Below, one piece after another: positions 1 through 12,067 of a stretch of DNA of 64,000 nt (positions are counted from its first letter, which is position 1; the number at the start of each line of letters is the position of its first letter). The notes under the pieces are model-generated. The model saw only the letters and a list, made by a program, of their open reading frames with translations. It was not told where the DNA came from and made no database searches. A program made the translations under genes and the position numbers. Where the stretch lies: positions 1,056,001 through 1,120,000 of the forward strand of contig CAVYYI010000001.1 in the NCBI GenBank assembly GCA_963772725.1. Direction: 5' to 3'. The DNA comes from an uncultured Phycisphaerales bacterium. Its GTDB lineage: Bacteria; Planctomycetota; Phycisphaerae; Sedimentisphaerales; Anaerobacaceae.

Positions 1-2
1 CT

Positions 3-239
3 AAATTAGCGACGGTTATAATCTATCCCGCGGAATACAACGATGAGGTCAGTTCGTGGCTTTTAGATGGCCAGTACCGCACCGCCGGCACAGCCGAAGG
101 CGGCGTTGAAGCCGCTCAGAGATATTACAATGATAACCCGGAGGTTCTCGAACGCCACCAGCTATTTGGCCGCAACCAAATTGAATCCAGAACAGGACAG
201 GAACTTTTGGCAAATTTAAAGTTCACTGTACAGAGATAA
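3..239 (+). CDS. 3' end of a hypothetical protein (partial, runs off window start)
   Basis: Open frame from position 3 (KLATVIIYPAEYNDEVSSWLLDGQYRTAGTAEGG...LKFTVQR) to TAA at 237-239, directly before the IS630 target TA. Confidence 0.6.
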   Translation, partial: KLATVIIYPAEYNDEVSSWLLDGQYRTAGTAEGGVEAAQRYYNDNPEVLERHQLFGRNQIESRTGQELLANLKFTVQR

Positions 240-241
240 TA

Positions 242-1364
242 TACTGCTTACGATTGAATTTTCCCGTTTTTATGCAGCTTGAATGTGAAAGTTTTCTGTC
301 AGTAATGCTCTCAGTTCCGGCAAATATTTCTTTCTCTTCCGGAAAAAGCTCTCACATGCTCGCTTGAATTCACCAAACGTTTCATAGTAGCGATTGTTCA
401 GCACTTTTTTCTTAAAAAACTTCCAGTACCGTTCAATCAGATTCAGATTCGGCGAGTATGACGGCAAAAAGATCAATTTGATTTTCGTGCCCTCGGTATA
501 CTCTTTTAACAAACGTGAACGATAATATCGAGCATTGTCAACAATGATGTAAATCCTTTTGGCCTCCGGATGTTTTGCTTCGATCTTAGAGAACAAATCA
601 ATGGTCGAATTCGCATTGATCGTGTCATAAAACCCTGTCGTTGGCTCCAGTGTTTCGATGTTAATCGCACCATTGATATTCAATCGCTGGCGGCCACAGT
701 TGGCTTTGAGTTCTTTTTCCCTTCCCGTCTTAATCCAGCCGTAAGAAGGAATGCTGTTGTGCTGCGGGTGGGTGGCATCGGCGAAATAAATTGGGTCGTT
801 TTGACTTTTGCTTGCCTTGATCTGTTCATATTCCTCGAGAAATGCCTGTTGCTTGATGGGGTCTTGTTTACCGGGAACATGTGTCGGCTTCTTGTAGGAA
901 AATCCAAGACGATGCAGCAAATCGGTGACTCCGCTGACGGAGTAATGGACCACATACTGCTTGTCAATGTGAGCGATAACCGATTTGGCATCGGGGAAAA
1001 TATGATCTTCGAGATATGCCTCAAGTTCGCTCATTTGATGTTCATCGAGTTTCGGTTCTGCGCCGGGATAGTTGTCATCCAGCAATGCCTGGAAACCGTC
1101 TTGCCGATACCGCTCGAAATAGCCCCGTGATGTCTTCTCATCGAAAAGAAGTATCTCGGCCACCTGAGCCGCCGACCATCCCTTTGCTAAAGCAATGACC
1201 GCTTTGACCCGGTCGGCCTGACGCTTATCACGCAACGAACGATGCAATGCCTCCAGTTCAGCTATTTTTTCTTTTGACAACTTATAATCCTTCATATACG
1301 CTGTTTATCGGACAGAAGGTGCTTTTTGATTGAAAAATACGGAATTTTTCAATCAAGAGTAGTA
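242..1364 (-). mobile_element. IS630-family insertion sequence, copy A
   Basis: Imperfect terminal IRs (TACTGCTTACGATTGAATTTTCC / TACTACTCTTGATTGAAAAATTCC), TA on both flanks (240-241, 1365-1366), near-identical to 7802-8923. Confidence 0.95.
270..1295 (-). CDS. IS630-family DDE transposase (intact, 341 aa)
   Basis: N-terminal HTH region; YFADATH, IVDNARYY and LPSYSPNLNLIERYW motifs typical of IS630/Tc1 DDE enzymes. Confidence 0.95.
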   Translation of the reverse strand: MKDYKLSKEKIAELEALHRSLRDKRQADRVKAVIALAKGWSAAQVAEILLFDEKTSRGYFERYRQDGFQALLDDNYPGAEPKLDEHQMSELEAYLEDHIFPDAKSVIAHIDKQYVVHYSVSGVTDLLHRLGFSYKKPTHVPGKQDPIKQQAFLEEYEQIKASKSQNDPIYFADATHPQHNSIPSYGWIKTGREKELKANCGRQRLNINGAINIETLEPTTGFYDTINANSTIDLFSKIEAKHPEAKRIYIIVDNARYYRSRLLKEYTEGTKIKLIFLPSYSPNLNLIERYWKFFKKKVLNNRYYETFGEFKRACESFFRKRKKYLPELRALLTENFHIQAA

Positions 1365-1466
1365 TACATTCATAAGCTCTTATGAATAAAGAAGATAAAT
1401 AAAAGGTCCGATTTTTTTTAAAAATTCACATTTTTCTATTGCAATAGCTTTTATAAATATGTATAG

Positions 1467-1486
1467 TGTATTAGTTCAGTAATACA
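1467..1486. promoter_or_regulatory. Probable operator of the YtrA-type GntR regulator
   Basis: Palindrome TGTATTA-N6-TAATACA 36 bp upstream of the GntR start, resembling YtrA-subfamily TGTA...TACA operators. Confidence 0.7.
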
Positions 1487-1522
1487 GATATAATCTGTGA
1501 AAGTTTTTTTTGAACTGGGAAA

Positions 1523-1915
1523 ATGTTATTAGAAATCGACCATCATAGCGGCGTACCGATTTACCGGCAGGTTATTGAACAGATACGCCAGGAGATTATA
1601 GCCGGCCTGCTTCACGCCGACGAACAACTGCCCTCGGTGCGGGACATCGCCCTCGAATTGCGAGTAAATCCAATGACGGTAAGCAAAGCATATTCCCTTC
1701 TTGAGATGGACGGATTATTGGAAAGGCGGCGAGGTGTCGGCCTTTTCGTCAAAAAACTAAGGCACAGCGAGAAAGAGCAGAGCAAATACGAGATGTTAAG
1801 CAAGATTCTAAAAAGAGCGGCAGTCAGGGCGGTACAGTTCGACATTTCAGAGGAACAGATGCATGAGCTTTTATCGAAACAGTATAGGCAGTATCATTCG
1901 AAAGTCTGGAGGTGA
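1523..1915 (+). CDS. GntR-family regulator, YtrA subfamily
   Basis: PIYRQVIEQI...LPSVRDIALELRVNPMTVSKAY winged HTH with a short C-terminus; first gene of an ABC operon. Confidence 0.92.
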   Translation: MLLEIDHHSGVPIYRQVIEQIRQEIIAGLLHADEQLPSVRDIALELRVNPMTVSKAYSLLEMDGLLERRRGVGLFVKKLRHSEKEQSKYEMLSKILKRAAVRAVQFDISEEQMHELLSKQYRQYHSKVWR

Positions 1916-2805
1916 AAATGGAACGTGAAAAAGCGATAGTCGAAATGCACGGCGTTACAAAACGTTTCGGCAGTACAAAAGCGATGGACGATGTGAATTT
2001 TACCATTTATCCGGGGACAATTGTCGGGTTGCTTGGAGCAAATGGTGCGGGTAAGAGTACGCTTTTACGTCATATCATCGGTTTGTATCTGCCAGATGCC
2101 GGGGCTGTAGAAACATTCGGTTGCAATGCAGCCAAACTTTCACCAAAGGAACTTTCGCATATCGGCTATGTTCATCAGGAAGGCAGGCTCGTGGATTTTA
2201 TGACGGTAGGCCAGCTTATCGACTATGTCAGATGTTTCTATGAAACATGGGACAACGACCTTGAGCAAAAATATATCGAAGATTTCGAGATAGACCGCTC
2301 AGAACTTGTCAAATATCTTTCACCCGGCCAGAGACAAAGGCTATCCATTTTATTGGCGATATGTTACAGACCGCAGTTGTTACTCCTCGATGAACCTGTC
2401 TCCGCGCTTGACCCTGTCGGCAGAAGTAAATTTCTCGATTTGCTGCTGGAAATAATACAGTCTGAAAATCGGGCAGTAGTAATCTCATCGCATATTCTCA
2501 GCGATGTTGAGAAAGTCATCGACCATGTTGTAATTATGGAAAAAGGGAAAATAATCCGTGACTGCGCTTATGATGAGCTTCTGGAGCGATACGCGAAAAT
2601 TCATCTCAGCAGTATCGAAGGAGAACTTCCGGCGAATCTGCCGTTTGCCAATATCGTCGATTGCAAACGAAACAACGGTCAGGCCGTCGTAACTGTCGAA
2701 GGCTACGTCTCAGAAGATATTGAAAGACAGGCCGAAAAAATAAACTGCGAAATCGAGGTGCAGCGGCTCACGCTCGAAGAAATATATAAAATTATCGTCT
2801 GTTAA
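1912..2805 (+). CDS. ABC transporter ATP-binding protein (YtrB-like)
   Basis: Walker A GANGAGKS, signature LSPGQ, Walker B LLLLDEP, ISSH switch. Confidence 0.95.
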   Translation: MKMEREKAIVEMHGVTKRFGSTKAMDDVNFTIYPGTIVGLLGANGAGKSTLLRHIIGLYLPDAGAVETFGCNAAKLSPKELSHIGYVHQEGRLVDFMTVGQLIDYVRCFYETWDNDLEQKYIEDFEIDRSELVKYLSPGQRQRLSILLAICYRPQLLLLDEPVSALDPVGRSKFLDLLLEIIQSENRAVVISSHILSDVEKVIDHVVIMEKGKIIRDCAYDELLERYAKIHLSSIEGELPANLPFANIVDCKRNNGQAVVTVEGYVSEDIERQAEKINCEIEVQRLTLEEIYKIIVC

Positions 2806-2817
2806 GGTGCAGCAAAA

Positions 2818-3810
2818 ATGAGAGATTTAAAAGCAGGCTTAATTTTGATTTTTGGTAATTGGTCCGGTAGATTTTATTTTTTATTTTTTCTGCTGTGGGG
2901 AATAATTTCTATTATAATTTCTCACTTTCTGCCCCTGGATACTAATCATAGTCCATCCGTTCTTTTTTTCCTTTCCATTCTTCCTGTGCTTATAGCGGGT
3001 AATATGATAAGAGGTATGTATGATGCCATTGTAAAAAGTCCAGGTTTATTTTGCACACCAATACTTACTAATAATTTGAGACAATTTGCGTTTGTTACAG
3101 GATTGGCTCTAAGCATTTTGTTCACTTTGCCTGTAATTTTCGGCAAAAATTTAAATATTGGAGAAGGCGTTTTATTTATTTTCGGCTGGTTCTTTTTGCT
3201 CCTGGCACTTTATCTTACTTTTATCGGCGCAATATCTTGGTTTCTTTTTTATGTAATCTTAGTGATTCCAATGGTCTTTAGTGATATATCACAAGTCTAT
3301 TTATTCTTACTGAATAAATTATGGCCCGCAGTAACTGTCGCGAATATCATTTTATGCTGTTTTTGCTGGTTCAAACTGGGAGATGAACAAATAAGAAAAA
3401 GACAGCAGCAACTGATTACAGGACAAAGCAATCTTAAATCGGAACAAAAACACAAAATCATAATCGCTCCGTGGGTAGATAAATTCTTTTTAGGCCAATT
3501 AAACAAATGTTCTTATAATAGCTTAGCCAGATGTATATGGGGGATGGTTTATCTATCACTTGCGATAGTGTTATCAAGATGGAAATACTTGTTTTTAGTA
3601 TTCCTTTTGGTATCAATTTTATTTGGACTTTTTGGCAATGATAAAACAGATGGAATATTTCCTTTATTAGTCGGACTTGTACGCCTATCATTGCCGTTAA
3701 TATTTCTCTACATAATTATAATGGTATGCTGCTGGGGACTCTTTCTAACAGTTGTTTACTATATTTGCAAAAAAACTGACTTGATATTACAGTCTCAGCC
3801 GGATAATTAA
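2818..3810 (+). CDS. Multi-pass membrane protein, probable ABC permease
   Basis: Many hydrophobic segments; follows the ABC ATPase in the operon. Confidence 0.7.
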   Translation: MRDLKAGLILIFGNWSGRFYFLFFLLWGIISIIISHFLPLDTNHSPSVLFFLSILPVLIAGNMIRGMYDAIVKSPGLFCTPILTNNLRQFAFVTGLALSILFTLPVIFGKNLNIGEGVLFIFGWFFLLLALYLTFIGAISWFLFYVILVIPMVFSDISQVYLFLLNKLWPAVTVANIILCCFCWFKLGDEQIRKRQQQLITGQSNLKSEQKHKIIIAPWVDKFFLGQLNKCSYNSLARCIWGMVYLSLAIVLSRWKYLFLVFLLVSILFGLFGNDKTDGIFPLLVGLVRLSLPLIFLYIIIMVCCWGLFLTVVYYICKKTDLILQSQPDN

Positions 3811-3811
3811 A

Positions 3812-4012
3812 ATGTTTTCAAATAGAAAAAAAAGTTCATTTTTTGGCGCAATTGGCGGTTGGATAACGTCAATTTGGAGCAGAACTCCCCCTACGCCGAC
3901 AGCGGATGATTTAAGGAAAATGGACTTTAAGAGAAGTACGCAGAAACTCGGGGTTAGATTTACTGACAAAATACGAGATGTTTTCCGCTTCAAATGGCTG
4001 CGAAAACATTAA
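3812..4012 (+). CDS. Small basic hypothetical protein (66 aa)
   Basis: ATG 1 bp after the permease stop; amphipathic and basic; ends convergent with secA. Confidence 0.5.
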   Translation: MFSNRKKSSFFGAIGGWITSIWSRTPPTPTADDLRKMDFKRSTQKLGVRFTDKIRDVFRFKWLRKH

Positions 4013-4033
4013 TCACCGCTATTTTCACAGATT

Positions 4034-7553
<3,520 letters not shown>

Positions 7554-7659
7554 AGCCGGTAAGTATCCCAAATGTCATGGGTAATGTCAAGAAATAGCGA
7601 TAGGGTTTATGCGATAGGGTTTGTGGGATAGTAGTTATTCAAAACCGACCGCTTATTTT

Positions 7660-7721
7660 GTCATTCCCGCGCAAGCGGGAATCCACTTTTCTGAACTGGA
7701 TACCTGCTTCTGCAGGTATGA
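7660..7721. repeat. REP-like palindromic pair (GTCATTCCCGC...GCGGGAATCCA type)
   Basis: GTCATTCCCGCGCAAGCGGGAATCCA followed by the inverted partner TGGATACCTGCTTCTGCAGGTATGA; a half copy TGGATTCCCGCTTTCGC lies at 36375-36391. Confidence 0.7.
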
Positions 7722-7801
7722 TAAGTCGTAACCGGATACTTTGCCGTGCTTTTTGTGCGGAAACGGTATAAAATTGTAAAAAACGGATTTTAATTAAAGT
7801 A

Positions 7802-8923
7802 TACTACTCTTGATTGAAAAATTCCGTATTTTTCAATCAAAAAGCACCTTCTGTCCGATAAACAGCGTATATGAAGGATTATAAGTTGTCAAAAGAAAAA
7901 ATAGCTGAACTGGAGGCATTGCATCGTTCGTTGCGTGATAAGCGTCAGGCCGACCGGGTCAAAGCGGTCATTGCTTTAGCAAAGGGATGGTCGGCGGCTC
8001 AGGTGGCCGAGATACTTCTTTTCGATGAGAAGACATCACGGGGCTATTTCGAGCGGTATCGGCAAGACGGTTTCCAGGCATTGCTGGATGACAACTATCC
8101 CGCGCAGAACCGAAACTCGATGAACATCAAATGAGCGAACTTGAGGCATATCTCGAAGATCATATTTTCCCCGATGCCAAATCGGTTATCGCTCACATTG
8201 ACAAGCAGTATGTGGTCCATTACTCCGTCAGCGGAGTCACCGATTTGCTGCATCGTCTTGGATTTTCCTACAAGAAGCCGACACATGTTCCCGGTAAACA
8301 AGACCCCATCAAGCAACAGGCATTTCTCGAGGAATATGAACAGATCAAGGCAAGCAAAAGTCAAAACGACCCAATTTATTTCGCCGATGCCACCCACCCG
8401 CAGCACAACAGCATTCCTTCTTACGGCTGGATTAAGACGGGAAGGGAAAAAGAACTCAAAGCCAACTGTGGCCGCCAGCGATTGAATATCAATGGTGCGA
8501 TTAACATCGAAACACTGGAGCCAACGACAGGGTTTTATGACACGATCAATGCGAATTCGACCATTGATTTGTTCTCGAAGATCGAAGCAAAACATCCGGA
8601 GGCCAAAAGGATTTACATCATTGTTGACAATGCTCGATATTATCGTTCACGTTTGTTAAAAGAGTATACCGAGGGGACGAAAATCAAATTGATCTTTTTG
8701 CCGTCATACTCGCCGAATCTGAATCTGATTGAACGGTACTGGAAGTTTTTTAAGAAAAAAGTGCTGAACAATCGCTACTATGAAACGTTTGGTGAATTCA
8801 AGCGAGCATGTGAGAGCTTTTTCCGGAAGAGAAAGAAATATTTGCCGGAACTGAGAGCATTACTGACAGAAAACTTTCACATTCAAGCTGCATAAAAACG
8901 GGAAAATTCAATCGTAAGCAGTA
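7802..8923 (+). mobile_element. IS630-family insertion sequence, copy B (inverted relative to A)
   Basis: Same IRs as copy A; TA at 7800-7801 and 8924-8925; 1 bp shorter than copy A. Confidence 0.95.
7871..8895 (+). pseudogene. IS630 transposase with a 1-bp deletion near 8102
   Basis: AACTATCCCGCGCAG here versus AACTATCCCGGCGCAG in copy A; splits into ORFs 7871-8134 and 8131-8895. Confidence 0.9.
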
Positions 8924-8946
8924 TAAAATGGATGGTTCGCGTGTGT
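8924..8946 (+). promoter_or_regulatory. Candidate ECF autoregulatory promoter TAAAAT-N11-GTGTGT
   Basis: Same bipartite motif and spacing at 11448-11470; each ends about 39-40 bp before a paralogous ECF start codon. Confidence 0.5.
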
Positions 8947-8984
8947 AGTAAGTATGGAACAGCCGTTTTGATTAAGGAAAGCGG

Positions 8985-9521
8985 ATGCTTGAAGATAAAC
9001 TACTGATATTGCGATTCAGGAGCGGCAGCAGCGAAGCTCTTCGTCGCATATATGAAAAATACAGGATATACCTGCTGAGGTTAGCGACAGCTCTTTTAAA
9101 TAATACTGATATTGCTGAGGATGTTGTGCATGACGTTTTTCTCCGTTTTGCCCAATCTCCAGACCGGCTCGGATTAAATGGAAGCCTGAAAAGTTACCTG
9201 CGAACATGCGTTGTTAATTCCGCTCACAATAAAGTCCGAGCAGAACAAGTCCGCTCCTGTGTTGGCCTTGATGAAATTGTTCCAGCCATCGCGGATTCAA
9301 ACAATCTGGACAACTGGATAATACTCAAAGAAGACTCAATACGAATAGCCAATGCCTTGGCGCAGCTTCCTTTAGAACAGCGTGAAGCGATTGTTTTACA
9401 CCTGCACGGCGATATGAAATTCCATGAAATTGCAAAAATGCAGAATGTTTCTTTAAAGACTATCCAAAGCAGATACCGCTATGGTTTAGATAAACTGCGA
9501 GGGATATTGGACACGGAATGA
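8985..9521 (+). CDS. ECF RNA polymerase sigma factor (cassette 1)
   Basis: Region 2 (AEDVVHDVF...SLKSYLRTCVVN) and region 4 (LPLEQREAIVL...FHEIA...TIQSRYRYGLDKLR). Confidence 0.93.
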   Translation: MLEDKLLILRFRSGSSEALRRIYEKYRIYLLRLATALLNNTDIAEDVVHDVFLRFAQSPDRLGLNGSLKSYLRTCVVNSAHNKVRAEQVRSCVGLDEIVPAIADSNNLDNWIILKEDSIRIANALAQLPLEQREAIVLHLHGDMKFHEIAKMQNVSLKTIQSRYRYGLDKLRGILDTE

Positions 9522-9693
9522 CACGGTTTTTTTGACACGGATTTACACAGATTAACACTGTTAAAGGAAAGAATACAGAACATAGAATACAGTAGCCAGA
9601 ATAAAAAAGGTAACCACGAATGAACACGAATAAACACTTTGAATTGATAATTGATGATTTTTTTCTCTGTGAACTCTGTGTTCTCTGTGGCTG
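9510..9693 (+). repeat. Composite short-period tandem-repeat element
   Basis: GACACGG/ACACAGATT roughly 10-mers, AGAATAC 7-mers, CCACGAATGAACACGAATAAACAC, AATTGAT 7-mers and CTCTGTG 9-mers ending GTGGCTGA. Confidence 0.85.
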
Positions 9694-9707
9694 AAAAGGA
9701 GAAAAAG

Positions 9708-10163
9708 ATGAGGCCGAAAGAAAAAATAGAAAAGCTGGTTAGTAAACTTGAGGTTGATACCAATCCTCAAAAGGATAAGGCTGTTCTTTATGAACTGCTG
9801 GAAGCACAGATAAATTGCAGAAAATCAAATCAGCCGAATATATTGGGAATAATCCTGAAAAACAGAATAACGAAACTCGCCGCAGCAGCGGTAATTATTT
9901 CCTCTATCTTACTTTTTGTTCATTATCAGCCGCAAAAACCTGTTAAAATCGAAGTTCAAAACACATCTCCTAAATCCCGAATTGAACTTTTGACTTCTGC
10001 CTCGCTCACTATTGCATTTCGGCAAGGCGGAATGAAAGCTCTTGATGACCAGTTTGATAAAGCTTTTAAATCCTCTAATCAAAAACAAACATGTTTGTCC
10101 GTTAAACAGTTACTTTCAGAAATTAATAAAAATGGTGAAAATTCAGAAAGGGAAAACTTATGA
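9708..10163 (+). CDS. Probable membrane anti-sigma factor (cassette 1)
   Basis: Start MRPKEK after AAGGAG RBS; single TM after KNRITKLAAAAVII; N-terminus paralogous to 12051-13268. Confidence 0.7.
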   Translation: MRPKEKIEKLVSKLEVDTNPQKDKAVLYELLEAQINCRKSNQPNILGIILKNRITKLAAAAVIISSILLFVHYQPQKPVKIEVQNTSPKSRIELLTSASLTIAFRQGGMKALDDQFDKAFKSSNQKQTCLSVKQLLSEINKNGENSERENL

Positions 10164-11338
10164 ATCCTCAAAAAAATAACCTGATTTCTAAAACTATAAT
10201 ATTTACTCTTCTTACGTTTATTTTAACATCATCAGCTTTTGCCTATCCACCGGACAATGCTGCCGTCCTTTATTATCAGGCCTGCATGTTAATCGAAATG
10301 GACGATACGATGAAAGATATGCTGTCAGATTTTACAAGCGGTAAAATTGAGTTAAATGATTCAATAAAAAACTACGTGACCAAAAATCAACCCATTATCG
10401 ACACCTTAATTGATGCTTCGGAAATAAAGTATTGCGATTGGGGAGCGGATTACTCCAAGGGTTACGACCTTGTACTTCCCCAAATTTCCAAATTCAAACT
10501 TTTGACTTATCTCCTGCTTTCCGATGCGAGAATTCTTGCTCTGCAGGGCGACTATACCGCCTCATTGAATCGCTGTTTAACCGCTTTTAGAATGGCTCAG
10601 CAAATAAATGATATTATAACTATCTCACATCTTGTTGCTATTGCAATTGAAGCTAAAGCAAATGGCGCTATTACCGAGATTCTTTCAATTATGCCGCCAG
10701 ACCTGCAAACTCTTTCATGGTTTAAAACCGAGTTTGTCAACTTACAAAGTAAACCACTTGAATCAAAGCCTTTTCTTGAAGCTGAACGTCAGGTGGCTCT
10801 GATTTACTTTACACCTGAAAAAATAAGTGACATTATAAGGGCTTGTGAACTCGATAAAAATGGCAAAAATGAACTTGTAATAAAAAGAATTCGGAACGCC
10901 AACCAGCAATTTTGTGAAAAAAATAAAATTTACTGGAATAACCATATAGACCGTCTTGAAGCCGCCATGTATTTACCCTATTTACAGGCATACCCAACTT
11001 TTGTGACCATAGACCAGGAACCTTCCAAAAAAGAAGTCAACGACAATCCTGATTCAACCATGACTGCTATTCTTAGTCCTGCCTGGAGCAAAATTTATTC
11101 TCTATCAATAAAGCTTCAGACAAATAACAATGCAATTAAAGTAGGCCTTGCAATTTACATTTCATACGCAAAAACAGGCAAACTGCCGGACATCCTGCCT
11201 TCTGACCTTCCCCTGGATTTGTTCAGCGACAAACCTTTTCTTTATGAGAAGACTCCCGATGGATTCTTGCTCCGCTGCCAAGGTAAAGATTTAAACAAAA
11301 ATGAAACATACGAATACAAATTCAAAGTAAAGAAATAA
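10160..11338 (+). CDS. Secreted helical hypothetical protein
   Basis: Signal peptide ending SAFA, mature start YPPDNAAVLYYQA, C-terminal GKLP...DLFSDKPFLYE motif; overlaps the upstream stop (ATGA). Confidence 0.8.
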   Translation: MNPQKNNLISKTIIFTLLTFILTSSAFAYPPDNAAVLYYQACMLIEMDDTMKDMLSDFTSGKIELNDSIKNYVTKNQPIIDTLIDASEIKYCDWGADYSKGYDLVLPQISKFKLLTYLLLSDARILALQGDYTASLNRCLTAFRMAQQINDIITISHLVAIAIEAKANGAITEILSIMPPDLQTLSWFKTEFVNLQSKPLESKPFLEAERQVALIYFTPEKISDIIRACELDKNGKNELVIKRIRNANQQFCEKNKIYWNNHIDRLEAAMYLPYLQAYPTFVTIDQEPSKKEVNDNPDSTMTAILSPAWSKIYSLSIKLQTNNNAIKVGLAIYISYAKTGKLPDILPSDLPLDLFSDKPFLYEKTPDGFLLRCQGKDLNKNETYEYKFKVKK

Positions 11339-11363
11339 CTTCAAGATTTACCAGTAAGAATAG

Positions 11364-11395
11364 GCCGGGCGGATGGTTTTGCCCGGCTTTTTTTT
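11364..11395 (+). terminator. Rho-independent terminator
   Basis: GCCGGGC-loop-GCCCGGC followed by a T-tract. Confidence 0.8.
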
Positions 11396-11447
11396 ATGCA
11401 AATGGGGATATATTAAAAATTTTTCGGGAAATGTAATTTTTTTATAC

Positions 11448-11470
11448 TAAAATCACCTTGCTTGGTGTGT
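11448..11470 (+). promoter_or_regulatory. Candidate ECF autoregulatory promoter TAAAAT-N11-GTGTGT
   Basis: Matches 8924-8946 in both boxes and spacing while the spacer differs. Confidence 0.5.
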
Positions 11471-11509
11471 TACAGGTAAAGGAAACGTTTTCTTTGGTTG
11501 GCGGTATAA

Positions 11510-12067
11510 ATGCTCGAAGATAAGCTGCTTATCTGGAAATTTAAACGCGGGAGCCAAGATGCCCTTCGGCGGATATATGAGAAATACAAAAATGGTCTGC
11601 TGAAACTGGCGTTAGTTCTTTGCGGTGATACGGCGACGGCTGAAGATGTGGTTCAGGATGTTTTTGTCAGTTTCGCACAGTCGGCGGAAAAGGTTCGCAT
11701 CGACGGCAATCTCAAAAGCTTCCTGTCGACTTGTGTGGTCAACCGGATACGCAGTCTCAATCGGAATAGGAAAAGGCACGAAACATTGATCGCTGACAAT
11801 TTTGACTTCGCCGCGTCTGAGTTTAACAGGCCTGAACAATGGATTATTCTCAGCGAGCAATTGCAGCTTTTGACAAGGGCGATGGCTCAACTGCCGATTG
11901 AACAGCGTGAGGTGGTCGCATTGTATATGCAGGCGGATATGAGCTTTCGCCGAATCGCTGAGATGCAGAATTTGTCAATTAACACTGTCCAGGGTCGTTT
12001 CAGATACGGACTGAATAAACTGCGGACTCTACTTAATAGTGAGGTAACAAATGAGACCGACAGATGA
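11510..12067 (+). CDS. ECF RNA polymerase sigma factor (cassette 2)
   Basis: MLEDKLLI start shared with 8985-9521; regions 2 and 4 present. Confidence 0.93.
   Translation: MLEDKLLIWKFKRGSQDALRRIYEKYKNGLLKLALVLCGDTATAEDVVQDVFVSFAQSAEKVRIDGNLKSFLSTCVVNRIRSLNRNRKRHETLIADNFDFAASEFNRPEQWIILSEQLQLLTRAMAQLPIEQREVVALYMQADMSFRRIAEMQNLSINTVQGRFRYGLNKLRTLLNSEVTNETDR

Noticed and set aside
570..1198. Antisense and alternate-frame ORFs inside IS630, and similar shadow ORFs over secA, clpB, rlmN and prfA
   Set aside because: They overlap well-supported genes and have no recognisable motifs; their repetition simply follows the IS duplication.
8095..8135. Programmed frameshift in IS630 copy B
   Set aside because: Copy A encodes the same protein in one frame and there is no slippery run at the site; a 1-bp deletion or sequencing error explains it.
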